From assembly GCF_006345805.1 (NCBI RefSeq), contig NC_042998.1, forward strand, positions 167,276,001-167,340,000: 64,000 bases of DNA. The letters are read 5' to 3'. The notes below the pieces were generated by a model. That model made no database searches and had not been told where the DNA came from. It worked only from the letters and a program-made list of their open reading frames with translations. A program made the translations under genes and the position numbers. Source of the DNA: Octopus sinensis (taxonomy: Eukaryota). Positions 38,203 to 51,247 of this stretch are shown here, in pieces (positions within the stretch are counted from its first letter, which is position 1; the number at the start of each line of letters is the position of its first letter).

Positions 38203-40096
38203 AAAAACAATTTAGCCTTAACCTGGGAGATTACTCAGTAGTTTTTAGTAAACTACTTATCTATCATCTTTTACGAATTTAACAACACTTTCCTTGTAAA
38301 AGTGAACGCGTGTGCGCGTGCGTGTGCGCGTGCGCGTGCGCGTGCGTGTGCGTGTGTTGCGCGCGCGTAGATATTGCTTTTATTATTACATTTCTCTACC
38401 ATTTTTTCTTACTTAAGACAGCAGCGTGGTGTTGTTACCGCATTAAGCTTCTTTTATTATTAATTGAGATGAATAAGGAAATAAAGATAGCTGAGTGGCG
38501 GCACATAATCCAGTTGTTAATAGACAGCCAAATATCTTCCAATATATTTATGATAATCTAATCTAAGGAGGAATTTGTTAATTTGCTGTTCATACACATA
38601 CAAACACACACACAATGAACACGGATCCATGTAGTTGGGAAGCAAGCTTCAGATAGCACAGCCAGGCCTGTAGAGGGCAAATTTATATTTGTTAAACAAG
38701 TTCCATAATGGATTAGCTCTGTGTGTGTATGTGTGGTATGGCGTGGTGTGCGTATTTGTGTGCGTGTGTGCGTGTATGTATCTATACATACATATATATA
38801 TATGTACATATATATGTGCATGTATGCCTATATTCTTTTTGAGTTTAGTAAAATGCTAAAAAAAAAATTGGGTGTAAGGATCGTCTTACAAATAAGTGAC
38901 AAATAAAAAATTACGTTTAAAACTCCTTCTTCAGACAAAAGATGACATCATGGATGTAACTGAAGACAGTTTCCTTTTATTTTATTTTGAAAATTCTAAG
39001 AAACCATATCGAATATGTTTTGGGGCACCCAACTGAAGAGAACGGGATCAATTTCAAATGTTAGGTTTTATTTCAATCTTCCTTTAAATTTTTCTTCTGG
39101 CCTATTTCTTTCTTTAAATGCGTATGTGTGTGTATGTGCATCTGTATGCTTGTATGTATATACAAATGTATGTATGTATAGGAATATAAGTACATATATG
39201 TACACCTGTGTATATGTATGCGCTTATGTATGTATTTGTGTATGTATGTATGTATGTATGTACGTATGCATGTGTGTGCATATATGAGCGTATGTATGTC
39301 TGTATATGTATATATATCTATATATGTATGTACATGTGTATGTGTGTATGTATGTATGTATGTATGTATGTATGTATGTATGTATGTATGTACATGTGTG
39401 TGAAACCATGTATGTACTAATGATTGTATGTTTATTGGCATACATGCATATATGTGTGCATATATGTGCATGTTTGTATGCATGCATATATGTACTATGC
39501 AAGAACGCATGTGCACATGTGTCGTGTGTACGCATAAATGCAACATGGCTGATTGGTCAAGGAGCTCGTTTCAGCATAGTCCTCGTCCCGACCCAGACCT
39601 TATGAATGAAATTGGGTCGGGGGATACAATGGGGAAGTCTGTTGGCTGGATTGAACCTGTAATTCAAAAGTCCAACCTTTTATGGCACGCAGATCGTGCT
39701 TGAAGATTACGGGAATGGTACGTAGTCCGTGAAATATCCAGCTACTTACACGCCTCTTCATTGAGCAGGTGACTTAGTTGACTGAACAAACGGATAGTCA
39801 TCGTTGAAACTGATACTGTTACGTAATTAAGTATATTCTCGTACGTATGTTGGTACATATGTACTTATGCATGCACTCATTTCTTCTACTATTTTACTTG
39901 TTTCAATCTTTGAACTGCGACCAAGTTGGAGCACTGCCTTGGAGTATTTTAGACCAATGGTTCTAAACCACTTTTTTTAATCCTTGTTTTATTCGGATGG
40001 ACCCTGATAGCCATTCGATGTTTCAAAAATCTTTTTATAATGTTAACATTAAATATTATTAAAAATTGTTTTGAAAAAATTGTTAAAATTGTTATG

Positions 40097-40439
<343 letters not shown>

Positions 40440-40471
40440 GCATATATATATACATATATGTATATATATAC

Positions 40472-40555
<84 letters not shown>

Positions 40556-40558
<3 letters not shown>

Positions 40559-40893
40559 AATAGTAGAGTGAAAAAACGACAGAAGGCTTGAATGTTAAAA
40601 AATATATATATTTGCGTCAATATGTCTGAAGAATATTAGAAAATTAAAAAAAATTTTTTCCCTTCTTATAATGACATAAATTAAAAGAAATACCGGTTTT
40701 GCGTGTAGCTTTTCAAATTTCTTGTGACGTTATGAAAAGCTACACGCAAAACCGGTATTTCTTTTAATTTATGTCATTATAAGAAGGAAAAAAAAATTTT
40801 TTTAATTTTCTAATATTCTTCAGACATATTGACGCAAATATGTATAATTTTTAACATTCAAGCCTTCTGTCGTTTTTTCACTCTACTATTTTC
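40556..40893. repeat. Near-perfect 338-bp palindrome flanked by TA (fold-back MITE-like)
   Basis: About 160-bp arms (40556-40715 and 40733-40893) with a 17-bp spacer. Confidence 0.9.
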
Positions 40894-40933
40894 TATATAT
40901 TCACCCACGTGCTTTCACAAACCAACTTTCTTA

Positions 40934-40979
<46 letters not shown>

Positions 40980-40980
<1 letters not shown>

Positions 40981-41210
40981 CGTGACCGACCATGCTATCA
41001 GATGTTCCTACAAATCGCTGGTCCCAATGCGCTTCGCATTGTTTTAGCCTTCAAATGATGCCATCCCGCTGGCTAAGCGAGCAGACCAACAGAAGAAAGA
41101 GTGAGAGAAAGTTGTGACGAAAGAGTACAGCAGGGTTTGCCATCAAAACTCTGCCGGAGCCTCGTGGAGCTTTTAGGTGTTTTCGCTCAATAAACACTCA
41201 CAATATATAT
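40980..41210 (-). mobile_element. SINE type C lacking its tRNA head
   Basis: Reverse-complement homologue of 41226-41532 with several substitutions. Confidence 0.8.
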
Positions 41211-41225
41211 ATAAAATATATATAT

Positions 41226-41532
41226 GTGGAGGCACAATGGCCCAGTGGTTAAGGGCAGCGGACTCGCGGTCGTAGGATCGCGGTTTCGTTTCCCAGACCG
41301 GGCGTTGTGTGTGTTTATTGAGCGAAAACACCTAAAGCTCCACGAGTTTCCGGCAGGGGGGGGGGGGCGACCCCTGCTGTACTCTCAACTTTCTCTCACT
41401 CTTTCTTCTGTTGGTCTGCTCGCTTAGCCAGCGGGTTGGCGTCATTTGAAGGCTAAAACAATGCGAAGCGCATTGTGACCAGCGATGTGTAGCAACATCT
41501 GATAGCCTGGTCGGTCACGGTGATCACGGTGA
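41226..41532 (+). mobile_element. Full-length tRNA-derived SINE, type C
   Basis: A-box TGGCCCAGTGG, B-box-like GGTTTCGTTTCC, and tail ..CCTGGTCGGTCACGGTGAT. Confidence 0.9.
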
Positions 41533-41551
41533 TATATATATATATATATAT

Positions 41552-41995
41552 AGGTAGAAAAGTCTCAATAAAAGATGATAGTAACTATACAAGGAAGTAA
41601 TATTTACCGTTACATCAATATGACTGTTCGACGTTACTATTGTTTTAACCCTAGGCAGATCTTCTGCCAGCTGGCTGCCGGTGCAACATGCACCCTGTAT
41701 ATATTGCATCAAGGGAGCGAACCCCTAGCATCCTCTAGCAGACGATGCTCAATATGAGGCACAGTGGGACCGAACGGTTTTGGCCTAGTTGTGCTCATCT
41801 GGAGGATGGTAGGGGTTCGCTCCTCTGCTTGCAATATATACAGTTTTCACGTTGCACCGATAACCAGCTGCCGGAGGATCTGCCTAGGGTTAAAACGGTA
41901 GTAACGTCTAACAGCCATATTGATGTGATGATAAATATTACTTCTTAATATAGTTACTACTTTAATCTCTTATTCAGATTTTTCTGACTAGCTAT
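41552..41995. mobile_element. Fold-back element with about 190-bp arms, flanked by TA
   Basis: 41552-41740 is the diverged reverse complement of 41790-41995. A third copy of the arm lies at 42140-42297. Confidence 0.75.
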
Positions 41996-43084
41996 TTTGC
42001 CTGTTACAAAATTAGTGACCGATGGTCGCTTAATTTCCTATGTATTGCGAGCTAAAGCGAATCCCTGCTATTTCTAGCAGTCGGGTGTTCACGATTGAAG
42101 ATGTGCACACGTTGCGCGAAACCCTTCGGTTTCGTAATCCCGTCGTCTGCTGGAGGTTGGTAGGGGCTCGCTCCCATGCTTACAATATATAAGGGGTGCA
42201 AGTTGCACCGGTAACCAGCTGGTAGAAGATCTGCCTGGGGTTAAAACGGTACTAACTTCGAACAGCCATATTGATGTTGCGATAAATATTACTTCCGTGT
42301 GAGTGTGTGTTTGTGTATGTGTGTGTCTTTGAGAATGTATTTTCCCCCTCCACCACTTGACAACTGGGGCTGGTGTGTTTATGTCTCCGTAACCTAGCAG
42401 TTCCGCAAAAGAGATCGATAAAATAAGTACCAGGCTTTGAAATGAAACGTATTGGAGACAATTCTTCAAGGCGGTGTCTGTATTTGTCCCCCCAGCTCTG
42501 CTTGACAACCAGTGTTTGTGCGTTTACATCTCTGTAACTTAGCGGTTCTGCAAAAGAGACAAACGGAAATAAGTACTCGACTTGTAAAAAAATAAATCCT
42601 GGGGGGCCGACTTCATCAACTAAAATAGCTTTCAAAGCAGTGGCTGCAGTCAATTTATAGAAATAAGTAAAAAAGTAAAAGAATATATATATATATATAT
42701 ATATATACATGGGATCCGGACAAAAGCCCCCTAGGGCAAAGGCCCCACGGACAAAAAACCCATAGTTAAAGTGTGAAAGTGGACAAAGTCCTCTCGGAAA
42801 AAAGCCCCACGGTTATATTTTTCGGTTATTTTTTTTTGGGGGGGGGGTCTTTTTGCTTGTTGCAGTCATTAGACTGTGGGCCCCATAAAATGAAGGGTGG
42901 GGGAAATAACATTGAATAATGTAGTCCTAGATACGCGATGCTCGAAAAAGGACGAGATTGTCACGGCTGGAATTCTTTTGACAGCAGATATATCCTGTTG
43001 ATTAAATAAAAAATCAGATATATCCTGTTGATTAGAGATGATATGAACAACAAAAACAATAACAACATCGAAAATACAAACTTA

Positions 43085-43480
43085 ACATTTACTCTTTTGC
43101 TCTTTTACACGTTTCAGTCATTTGACTGCGGCCATGTTGGAGCGTCGCCTTTAGACTAAGAAATCGACCCCAGGACTTATTCTTTATAAGCCTAGTACTT
43201 ATTCTATCGGCTCTTTTGCCGAACCAGTAAGTTTTGGGGACATAAACACACTAACATTGGTTGTCACGCGATATTGGGAGCACAAAGACAGACACAAAGA
43301 CACACACATAAATATATATCCATATATTTATATACACGACGGGCTTCTTTCAGTTTCCGTCTATCAAATCCACTCACAAGGCTACAGTAGAAGACATTTG
43401 CTCAATATGACGCGTAGTGGGACTGAACCCGGAACCATGTGGTTGGGAAGCAAGCTTCTTACCATATAGCCACGCTTGCG
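43085..43480 (-). mobile_element. SINE, type B
   Basis: Reverse-complement homology to 58590-58957 along its whole length. Confidence 0.85.
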
Positions 43481-43574
43481 CAATATTTTTTTTTATCTTG
43501 GTTCTCTGCATTTCACAATATCAATTCTTCTCATTCACTGACCTATGCTAACAAGTAGCAATGGATCCTATTAT

Positions 43575-43618
<44 letters not shown>

Positions 43619-44298
43619 AGGAAGTTGAAATAAACAATAAAGGGAATGTTTATATTGGGTTGCTATATTTTTAGTATAATGGTTACGGGTTTGCAGAGGA
43701 GAAGTTGTAACTCTGCTATACCTTACATACATATCAAATAACAAGTATAACCATGAAAAAACCAAGTAAACAAATCTATTATGATAGTAATCAATGAGCT
43801 ATCATGTACCAAATATAACGTCATCGGTGGTGTAGGAGTAAACTTAATCTTTTCTCGTACAGAAACAGCCCCTATTTAAATGAATTTTACGGTGTGTAAT
43901 AAAAAAAAGTTAACTTGCAAAAGCGTAACAAAATATATTTATTCAATGAATGGAAAACACTGTGATTTAAATAGAAAATAGAAATGAACGGAAAACATTT
44001 GTAATTTAAATAGAAAATGAAAAAATTCTTGAGTTTTTTTTAGAATGATTTGGTTCCAATGTTATGCATTGCAAACGACTGACCACAGACTCAAACTTAA
44101 ACACTCCTTTTCTCTTTCCTCGTATATCTATGTTTTAGGCGACATATACATTAATAGGAAATAGTTGTTTATGGTGATATTACTGTTGTTAGTATGTAAA
44201 CTATAAAACCGTTAATTAATTATATATAGTAGAATGGCAATGCTAATGTTAAAGTGACATATTTATTTATTCGAGATGTATATATATCTCTCTCTCTC

Positions 44299-44628
44299 TA
44301 GCACTCCGTCGGTTACGACGATGAGGGTTCCGGTTGATCCGAATCAACGGAACAGCCTGCTCGTGAAATTAACGTGTAAGTGGCTGAGCACTCCACAGAC
44401 ACGTGTACCCTTAACGTAGTACTCGGGGATATTCAGAAACAGGAAGTAAGAGTGAGAGAAAGTTGTGGTGAAAGAGTACAGCAGGGATCACCACCACCCC
44501 CTGCCGGAGCCTCGTGGAGCTTTAGGTGTTTTCGCTCAATAAACACTCACAACGCCTGGTCTGGAATCGAAACCGCGATCCTATGACCGCGAGTCCGCTG
44601 CCCTAACCACTGGGCCATTGCGCCTCCA

Positions 44629-44629
<1 letters not shown>
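44299..44629 (-). mobile_element. Full-length SINE, type C head and body with the type D tail
   Basis: Head GTGGAGGCGCAATGGCCCAGTGG..GTTTCGATTCC. The tail CCCCGAGTACTACGTTAAGGGTACACGTGTC.. is shared with 19022-19160. Confidence 0.9.
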
Positions 44630-44677
<48 letters not shown>

Positions 44678-45358
44678 AATAAAATAGAACATATGCATAT
44701 ATATATAAACATATATGTACGTACCTACCTCTACATGTACATATACACGCATATATATGTACAGGACACCAAAAAGACGTCGAACACATAGAGAGACGAA
44801 ACACATAGACACAAACCAAGGAACAAGACAAGCAAAAAAAAGAGAGAGATACAGGACAATAAGCACAACGAAAAATCCCCTTCTTCAGTCGCTAAGGTTT
44901 CATCTACTAAACGTTTCGAAGGATAAAAGCGAGACGTATACTTCGAAGAAAACTTCCTTCCCGCGAAAAGCAAATCAGTTAAAATTCTGAGATCTTTTCG
45001 CAGAGGGGTAAAAAAAAGGCAAGACGGTAACGACAGTACAAACATATAAACAGTAAAAAATATATATATAAACAGTGGAAAAATAAAAATATAACAGTGA
45101 GAGACAGGACAAGGAGAACAAGATAAGAAGGGCTGTTAACGCCAGACGAAAAAAGTATTGCAAACGCTGGATTATCGTGGAAGACGAGAGAGAGAAAAGG
45201 TGTCGACCAGTAGCCTTAGAAGGCGGGCGAGAAAGGACAGGATAGCAGTTACGACGGAAGTATCGTCGCAGATGGACGACGGGAATGGGGGAGGAGGAGC
45301 AAGAGGAAGAGAGAGAAGAAGGGGAATGGTGCGAGGAGACCATGAAGAATGGTGAAAG

Positions 45359-45392
<34 letters not shown>

Positions 45393-45413
45393 TATATTAT
45401 TTTCGCCAGTATG

Positions 45414-45444
<31 letters not shown>

Positions 45445-45490
45445 TATACACAGTGGCGAAAATAATTTAAGACCGATTATAAAAGTTCTA

Positions 45491-45748
45491 TGTAAAGTAT
45501 AAAAGCCATCTCAATATGGGTAACCACAAAGGGTGGGTGTGTTACTGTAGCTTTTTAACCCCAGGAGATCATCGTCTCCAGCTGGCTTTAGACACACTTT
45601 CTTAAAGCCAGCTGGAGACGATGATCTCCTGGGGCTAAAAAGCTACAGTAACCCCACCCCCTTTGTGGTTAGCCATATTGAAATGGCTTTTATACTTTAC
45701 ATTGTCGAGCGGTTACTGTTTACATCTCGTTCTGAGATTTAATAATGC
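45491..45748. mobile_element. Hairpin insertion with a 14-bp target-site duplication inside the Tc1 left TIR
   Basis: TTATAAAAGTTCTA at 45477-45490 and 45749-45762. A palindrome spans 45490-45702 (about 100-bp arms, 12-bp spacer), followed by an unpaired 46-bp tail. Confidence 0.85.
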
Positions 45749-46112
45749 TTATAAAAGTTCTATTTCTTACAAAATATTTTGTTACTAATACCATAAAAAT
45801 TGTTTTTATCTTTTCCACCTTATGCAGAATGTATTTCTCTGTCGAATGATGCAGACAATAACTATTTTTATACAACTTGAAGAATTTTAATGCTAAATTA
45901 ATATAAACGTTTCAAATTTACCGGCAAAATTAGTTTAAGACCATGTAGTATGTATGCAAATTTTTTTGCCAAAATGGGTAGTCGCACAACTAGCCTAACA
46001 GCACTATATAGTGTTATAATTTAATGTTATTATACAATTGATTACACTTTTTCGAGATCAGTGATGTAAAGTTACAATTGATTAATTATGGGAAAGTTAC
46101 AATTAATTAATT

Positions 46113-47136
46113 ATGGGAAAACTACGTAGCCTCAGTCCAGTCACGACAGCAAAAATCGCATTACTCCGCCAGCAAAAAGTTTCCTTTTCGAACATCAGCA
46201 AGCAACTAAAGTGCATTAAAATGGCTTGCGTACACGCGTAGAAGTTATACTCGGAGATTGGTCAATATAAGATCGGCAAAGGACTAGCGCTCCAAGAAAA
46301 AAGACGGCGCAGTTGGACCGTCGAATCCACCGACTTTCGGAAGTCAAACGAATGCTGACAGCCGTTGACATTTGTAAACAATTGTCCACTGATAATGGTG
46401 TTATTTTTACACCACAAACCGTCCGCAACCGTTTGAGAGAATTTGGACTATATGAACGAACCGTTAGGAAAAAGCCAATAATATCCGAAAGAAGTCGACT
46501 CAAACGCCTTAATTTCGCAAAAACCCATGCTCAATGGACTGCCGAAGATTGGTGCAGGGTCCTTTAGAGTGACGAGTCACGCTTCTGTATATTTGGATCA
46601 GATGGTAAAACATACGTCAGATGTCGACCAACAGAGGAATTCCATCCGAAATACTTGAAAAAGACGGCGCAAGCGGGTGGTAGGGGTGTAATGGTGTGGG
46701 CGGCATTTAGTAGCTTTGGTGTTGGCCCTCTAGTTAAAGTTGATGGAAAGCTAAATAATGTAGCTTATATGAATCTACTAAAGGATAATGCTGTGCCATA
46801 TTTGTCACACCAAATGCCTCCGGCGGCTATTTATCAGCAGGACAATAGTCCTGTGCACAAAGCCAAAAAGGTTATGGAATTTTTTGATCACCATGATATT
46901 GACGTAATCAAATGGCCTCCGCAGAGGCCGGACCTGAATCCGATCGAGAACTTGTGGAATTATGTTTCCAAAAGAGCCCATGCTAAAAAAAAACATCTAA
47001 TCCAAAACAATTATCCGATTATATTAATGAAATATGGCAAAACATTCTTATAGAATTTTGTAATCACTTAGCGAATTCAATACCAAGGCGTTGTTCAGCC
47101 GTTATTAAGAATAAAGGCTACGGCACAAAGTCTTAA
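46113..47136 (+). pseudogene. Tc1 transposase pseudogene (DD34E)
   Basis: MGKLRSLS.., TVRNRLREFGL, *SDESRF, VMVWAAF, QQDNSPVH and WPPQRPDLNPIENLW, with 34 residues between D and E. It has two stops and two frameshifts. Confidence 0.92.
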
Positions 47137-48574
47137 TATGTATTTCGTTCTTGTTGCCCATTTTTGCAACAATCTTAAACTTTAAATAAAATTATAATGA
47201 TACGGTATTAAACTAATTTTGCCGGTAAATTTGAAACGTTTATATTAATTTAGCATTAGAATTCTTCAAGTTGTATAAAAATAGTTATTGTTTGCATCAT
47301 TCGAAAGAGAAATAAATTCTGCATAAGGTGTAAAAGATAGAGATAATTTGTATAGTGTTAGTAACAAAATATTTTGTAAGAAATAGAACTTTTATCATCG
47401 GTCTTAAATTATTTTCGCCAGTGTATATGTATATTGTTAAAGCAATATATCCTTCTAGAGATCGCATATTCACAGACTGATTTGAAAATGATGGATTCCA
47501 GAAATTACACAGCATGCAGTTCTGTAACTATCACACAGACATTTGTTTTTTAAACAACGCGTTTACCACACAGGAGATGTCGCATGGTCGATATATCGAT
47601 TTAACGGTATTTGATTTTGCTTTTCTTTTCACAACACCTGAGTTCTTTTTTAATTTCTTTCATAAGACAACTACTGAAATGTATAAATAGCGTAATATAT
47701 AGTTTAGCTTGAATCAGTCACAGAAGAGATACGAATGCAGAAGGTGGGTAATGGTAATTCGACATGTCTGTAAATGATTTTAGACACCCTCTGAGCTGTC
47801 AGAAGTTATCTACTGATTATGTACTGAAGTACTTGGCTTGTTGAGAGAGGGAAGTATCTTAAATATATTCACCATCCAACCGCCTCATAGTTAATTGTAA
47901 TGATATTTGACGTATGAATGAATATCAATGGAAGCATAAATATTTTGCTACAATTTCATGGATCTTCAATCATCCTAACATTCTTTAAGACTACTTCTAT
48001 GTGCTTATCACAGTATGCAAGTCAGGAAATACATTGAATACATACGTGATGTCATGTCATTATGTTTATGAGTGTATGGCTTTTCAGTGATGAAATACAC
48101 TGACACACATCATAGGCACACACACTCACTCAGCAAAGCGCATGCGAACACACACACACATACATAAACAAACGACACACGTACATTCATGCACCTACGC
48201 ACGCAAATTCACTCCCTCACTTCTCATATATATACGTATGTGTCTGTGTTTGTGTTCTTGTGTGCGCGTGTGTATTGTTAACCTCATATGAATTTAGAAA
48301 CTTCGAGGGAAGGGGAAATAAATCTTTTGTTTCTGGAACGGTGAAACTCGAAGTAGATAAAGCTATAAGTAAGCGCGTATAAATATTGGGTTAAAAACAT
48401 CATAGGCTAAAAAAAAGTCGAAAGTTCGACTTTTTCAACTCGGAGGGGTTTTGACCCAATATTTAAACGCTATTATTTATAGCTTTATCTGCTTCAAGTT
48501 TCATCGATCCCCACCCACAAAAAAGCAGAATGCTATGCGCGCATGCATGTGTGGGTGTGTGTGTGTGCGCGCGC

Positions 48575-48609
<35 letters not shown>

Positions 48610-48679
48610 CGTGTGTGTGTGTGTTTGTGTGTGTACATATGTGTGATTGGAGACGCATAGCTGAGAGGGGCTATGCGTT

Positions 48680-48880
48680 GTGTTCTTGAACAAAATACTT
48701 CATTTCACGTAGCTCCATTTCACTCAACTATAAATGGGAAACCCTTCGATGGGCTGGCCATTCCGTTCAGGAGAAATGTTGGCCTGCCCGCCAAGTCAGC
48801 CAGGTGGCTTCATGCGAAAAGTACAACAATGCGTAGAAGCACATTGTGACCCGAAGTGTATAACAACCCTCGTGCAATAT
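48680..48880 (+). mobile_element. Diverged partial SINE, type D core
   Basis: GCGTTGTGTTCTTGAACAAAATACTTCATTTCACGTAGCTCC core plus a tail resembling the type C tail. Confidence 0.65.
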
Positions 48881-48945
48881 AATGGATTGAAAATCAAAGA
48901 ACAATTTGGAATAAACAGAACAAGAGGATACACGTGGGGTGAACA

Positions 48946-48987
48946 GTCGCTGAAGAGGTCACAGGGTGTGTGATGAAAGAACCTGAC
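48946..48987 (+). ncRNA. Decayed second copy of the 38043 hammerhead family
   Basis: GTCG CTGAAGA G GTCAC AGGGTGT GTGAT GAAA GAACCT GAC. U16.1 is lost. Confidence 0.45.
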
Positions 48988-49291
48988 AAAGAAACTAAAA
49001 AGTATCTTTTAACTTGTTCCTTTTATTTGTTTCAGTCATCGCATTGAGGCCTTGCTGGGTTTTAGTCGAGCAAATTCGACCCCAGTACTTATTTTTAAGT
49101 CTGGTGCTTATTTTATTACTCCCTTTTGCCGAACCGATTGATTACAGTGACATAAACAAACGAACACCGGTTGTCAAGTGCGATCATGTGATTATGAGTG
49201 CAATATCCTAACCACGAAGTTGCATCCTTCGGGTGCGCGCAAACATACACACACACACACACAGACGCACACATATACACACAGATGCCTA

Positions 49292-49339
<48 letters not shown>

Positions 49340-49344
49340 CAGAC

Positions 49345-49366
49345 AGGTGGATAGATAGATAGATAG

Positions 49367-49401
<35 letters not shown>

Positions 49402-49426
49402 TGATTGATAGATTGATAGATAGATT

Positions 49427-49496
<70 letters not shown>

Positions 49497-49525
49497 CAGA
49501 CAGATAGATAGATAGATAGATAGAT

Positions 49526-49559
<34 letters not shown>

Positions 49560-49588
49560 GAGATAGATAGATAGATAGATAGATTGAT

Positions 49589-49677
<89 letters not shown>

Positions 49678-49680
49678 GTT
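49345..49680. repeat. (AGAT)n microsatellite, with a second tract at 49900-50010
   Basis: Direct inspection. It explains the 329-aa low-complexity ORF. Confidence 0.95.
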
Positions 49681-49813
49681 TCTTTATTGGCCACACAGGG
49701 CTGCACACAGATGGGACAAGTTACAAGGTAGAACTTTTCTTTTGGGGGATGAAAAAAAAGGGGGTGGCGTAGGTTTTCGATCAAGAGGGATCGTAAAAGG
49801 GAAGAAAAGAACA

Positions 49814-49844
<31 letters not shown>

Positions 49845-49898
49845 AAAAAGAATAAAAAATAAAAAGAATAAAAGAAAAAAAAAGAAGGGGAAAGGAAC

Positions 49899-50007
<109 letters not shown>

Positions 50008-50579
50008 TGATAGATACTGATCTCGCCAAAAGAGAAGGATGTACTACAGTAAAGAAATTGAATAAGACCAAGCATTTTAAAGACAAGACCCACTGCCATC
50101 GGCAACGTCTTTATTTTCTAAAATTTAGGTGAACTGATTTTATTCGATTACCTCCCTTAATTATTCTTTGTTACTTTTAAATTTCTTAATGTTTTTCTTT
50201 TGCATTTTGTTTTTCAACTTACTGACATTTCCCACAACTGGAGTAACATTCAAATGCAATAAACTTAACAAAGAAATATCAAGAAAGAAAACAACAACAA
50301 AAAAAGAAAACCGACAAAAAAACAAGCATGAAATTACTACATAAATTCTTTCTACTATAGGCACAGGGACTGAAGTGTTATGGGAAGAAACTAGACGACC
50401 CATTGCTCAACCCATTGCTCATCTGGTACTTCTTTTATCGACCTAAAAATGATGAGCTGGAATAAATACCGCTAAGTATTTTGTCTGTCGTGCTAACCAT
50501 TCTGCCAGCTCGCTACCTTAAGCTACTATATAAGCTCAAGAAATTTTAACAATTGTTACAAAGATTACTTAGACTAGCG

Positions 50580-50648
50580 GCTCTGGTAGTCGACTGGTTA
50601 CGACACTGTGTTGTGGCCGATGTATCCCTGGTTCGAATCCAGTCCAAC
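50580..50648 (+). pseudogene. tRNA-His(GTG)-like pseudogene or SINE head
   Basis: D-arm GTCG-ACTGGTTA-CGAC, anticodon loop TTGTGGC and T-arm CTGG-TTCGAAT-CCAG, followed by a T-run. The anticodon and acceptor stems are broken. Confidence 0.55.
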
Positions 50649-50742
50649 TTTTTTTTTTGGTGGTGGGGACATCGTCCACTTCCTCCCACCAGAAAAGCCG
50701 GTTTTGAGACAATTAGACAGATTTGTTCAAATTTTTAGTATA

Positions 50743-51247
50743 CGAGGGTTACCCAAAAGTAACTGGAAACGTTCTTTGTGGGACAAGCCTGTTCTAATTC
50801 GGGCTTCCACCGCTAGAAGGCACTTGATGTGACCATCAGGCATCAGTCTGGCAACCGACGTCATCTGGTGCAATCATACTAATACGTGGTACGTCTTTGT
50901 TTTACAGTGTTTCTCCTTTGTTCGTCAATTTTTGCGATAGCTGTTTTCTGTTGGGGAAAACAGCGGTCGAAACAGTTGTCATGCGTCAAACAGCTTACAA
51001 GGACGCTGCCATGAGCAAAACACAAGTTTACGAGTGGTTTTCACGCTTTAGGAATGGTCACTTTGTCGCTTGAAGACCAACCACGTTCAGGGTGACCGAA
51101 CGAATAAAAACATCACGAAAATTCATGAACTGATCTTGGAGGACCGTCACCGAACAATTGACGAACTTTTTGATATGACTGGTGTGTGAACGAATTTTGA
51201 GCGAGGAATTGCGAATGAAAAGAGCTGCAGCGAAATTTGTCCCTACT
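50743..51247 (+). mobile_element. Mariner 5' fragment
   Basis: TA then CGAGGGTTACCCAAAAGTAAC. It encodes AAMSKTQVYEWFSRFRNG and LEDRHRTIDEL. Confidence 0.85.

Larger units (their letters stand above)
45449..47423 (+). mobile_element. Near full-length Tc1-family transposon with long IR/DR-type TIRs
   Basis: TA-flanked. The roughly 220-bp TIRs (left one interrupted by an insertion, right at 47204-47423) each carry outer and inner TT(T/A)A(A/T)(G/T)ACC-type repeats. Confidence 0.92.

Noticed and set aside
42105-42150. Minus-strand CAGACGA..GAAACC-GAAG-GGTT hammerhead-like pattern
   Set aside because: It has U4A and no stem I, and the sibling copy at 41740-41780 lacks GAAA.
44880-44960. Type II hammerhead arrangement (GAAACGTT before CTGAAGA; similar at 51480-51530)
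   Set aside because: Stems I and II cannot be formed in register, and the 51.5-kb copy lacks GAAA.
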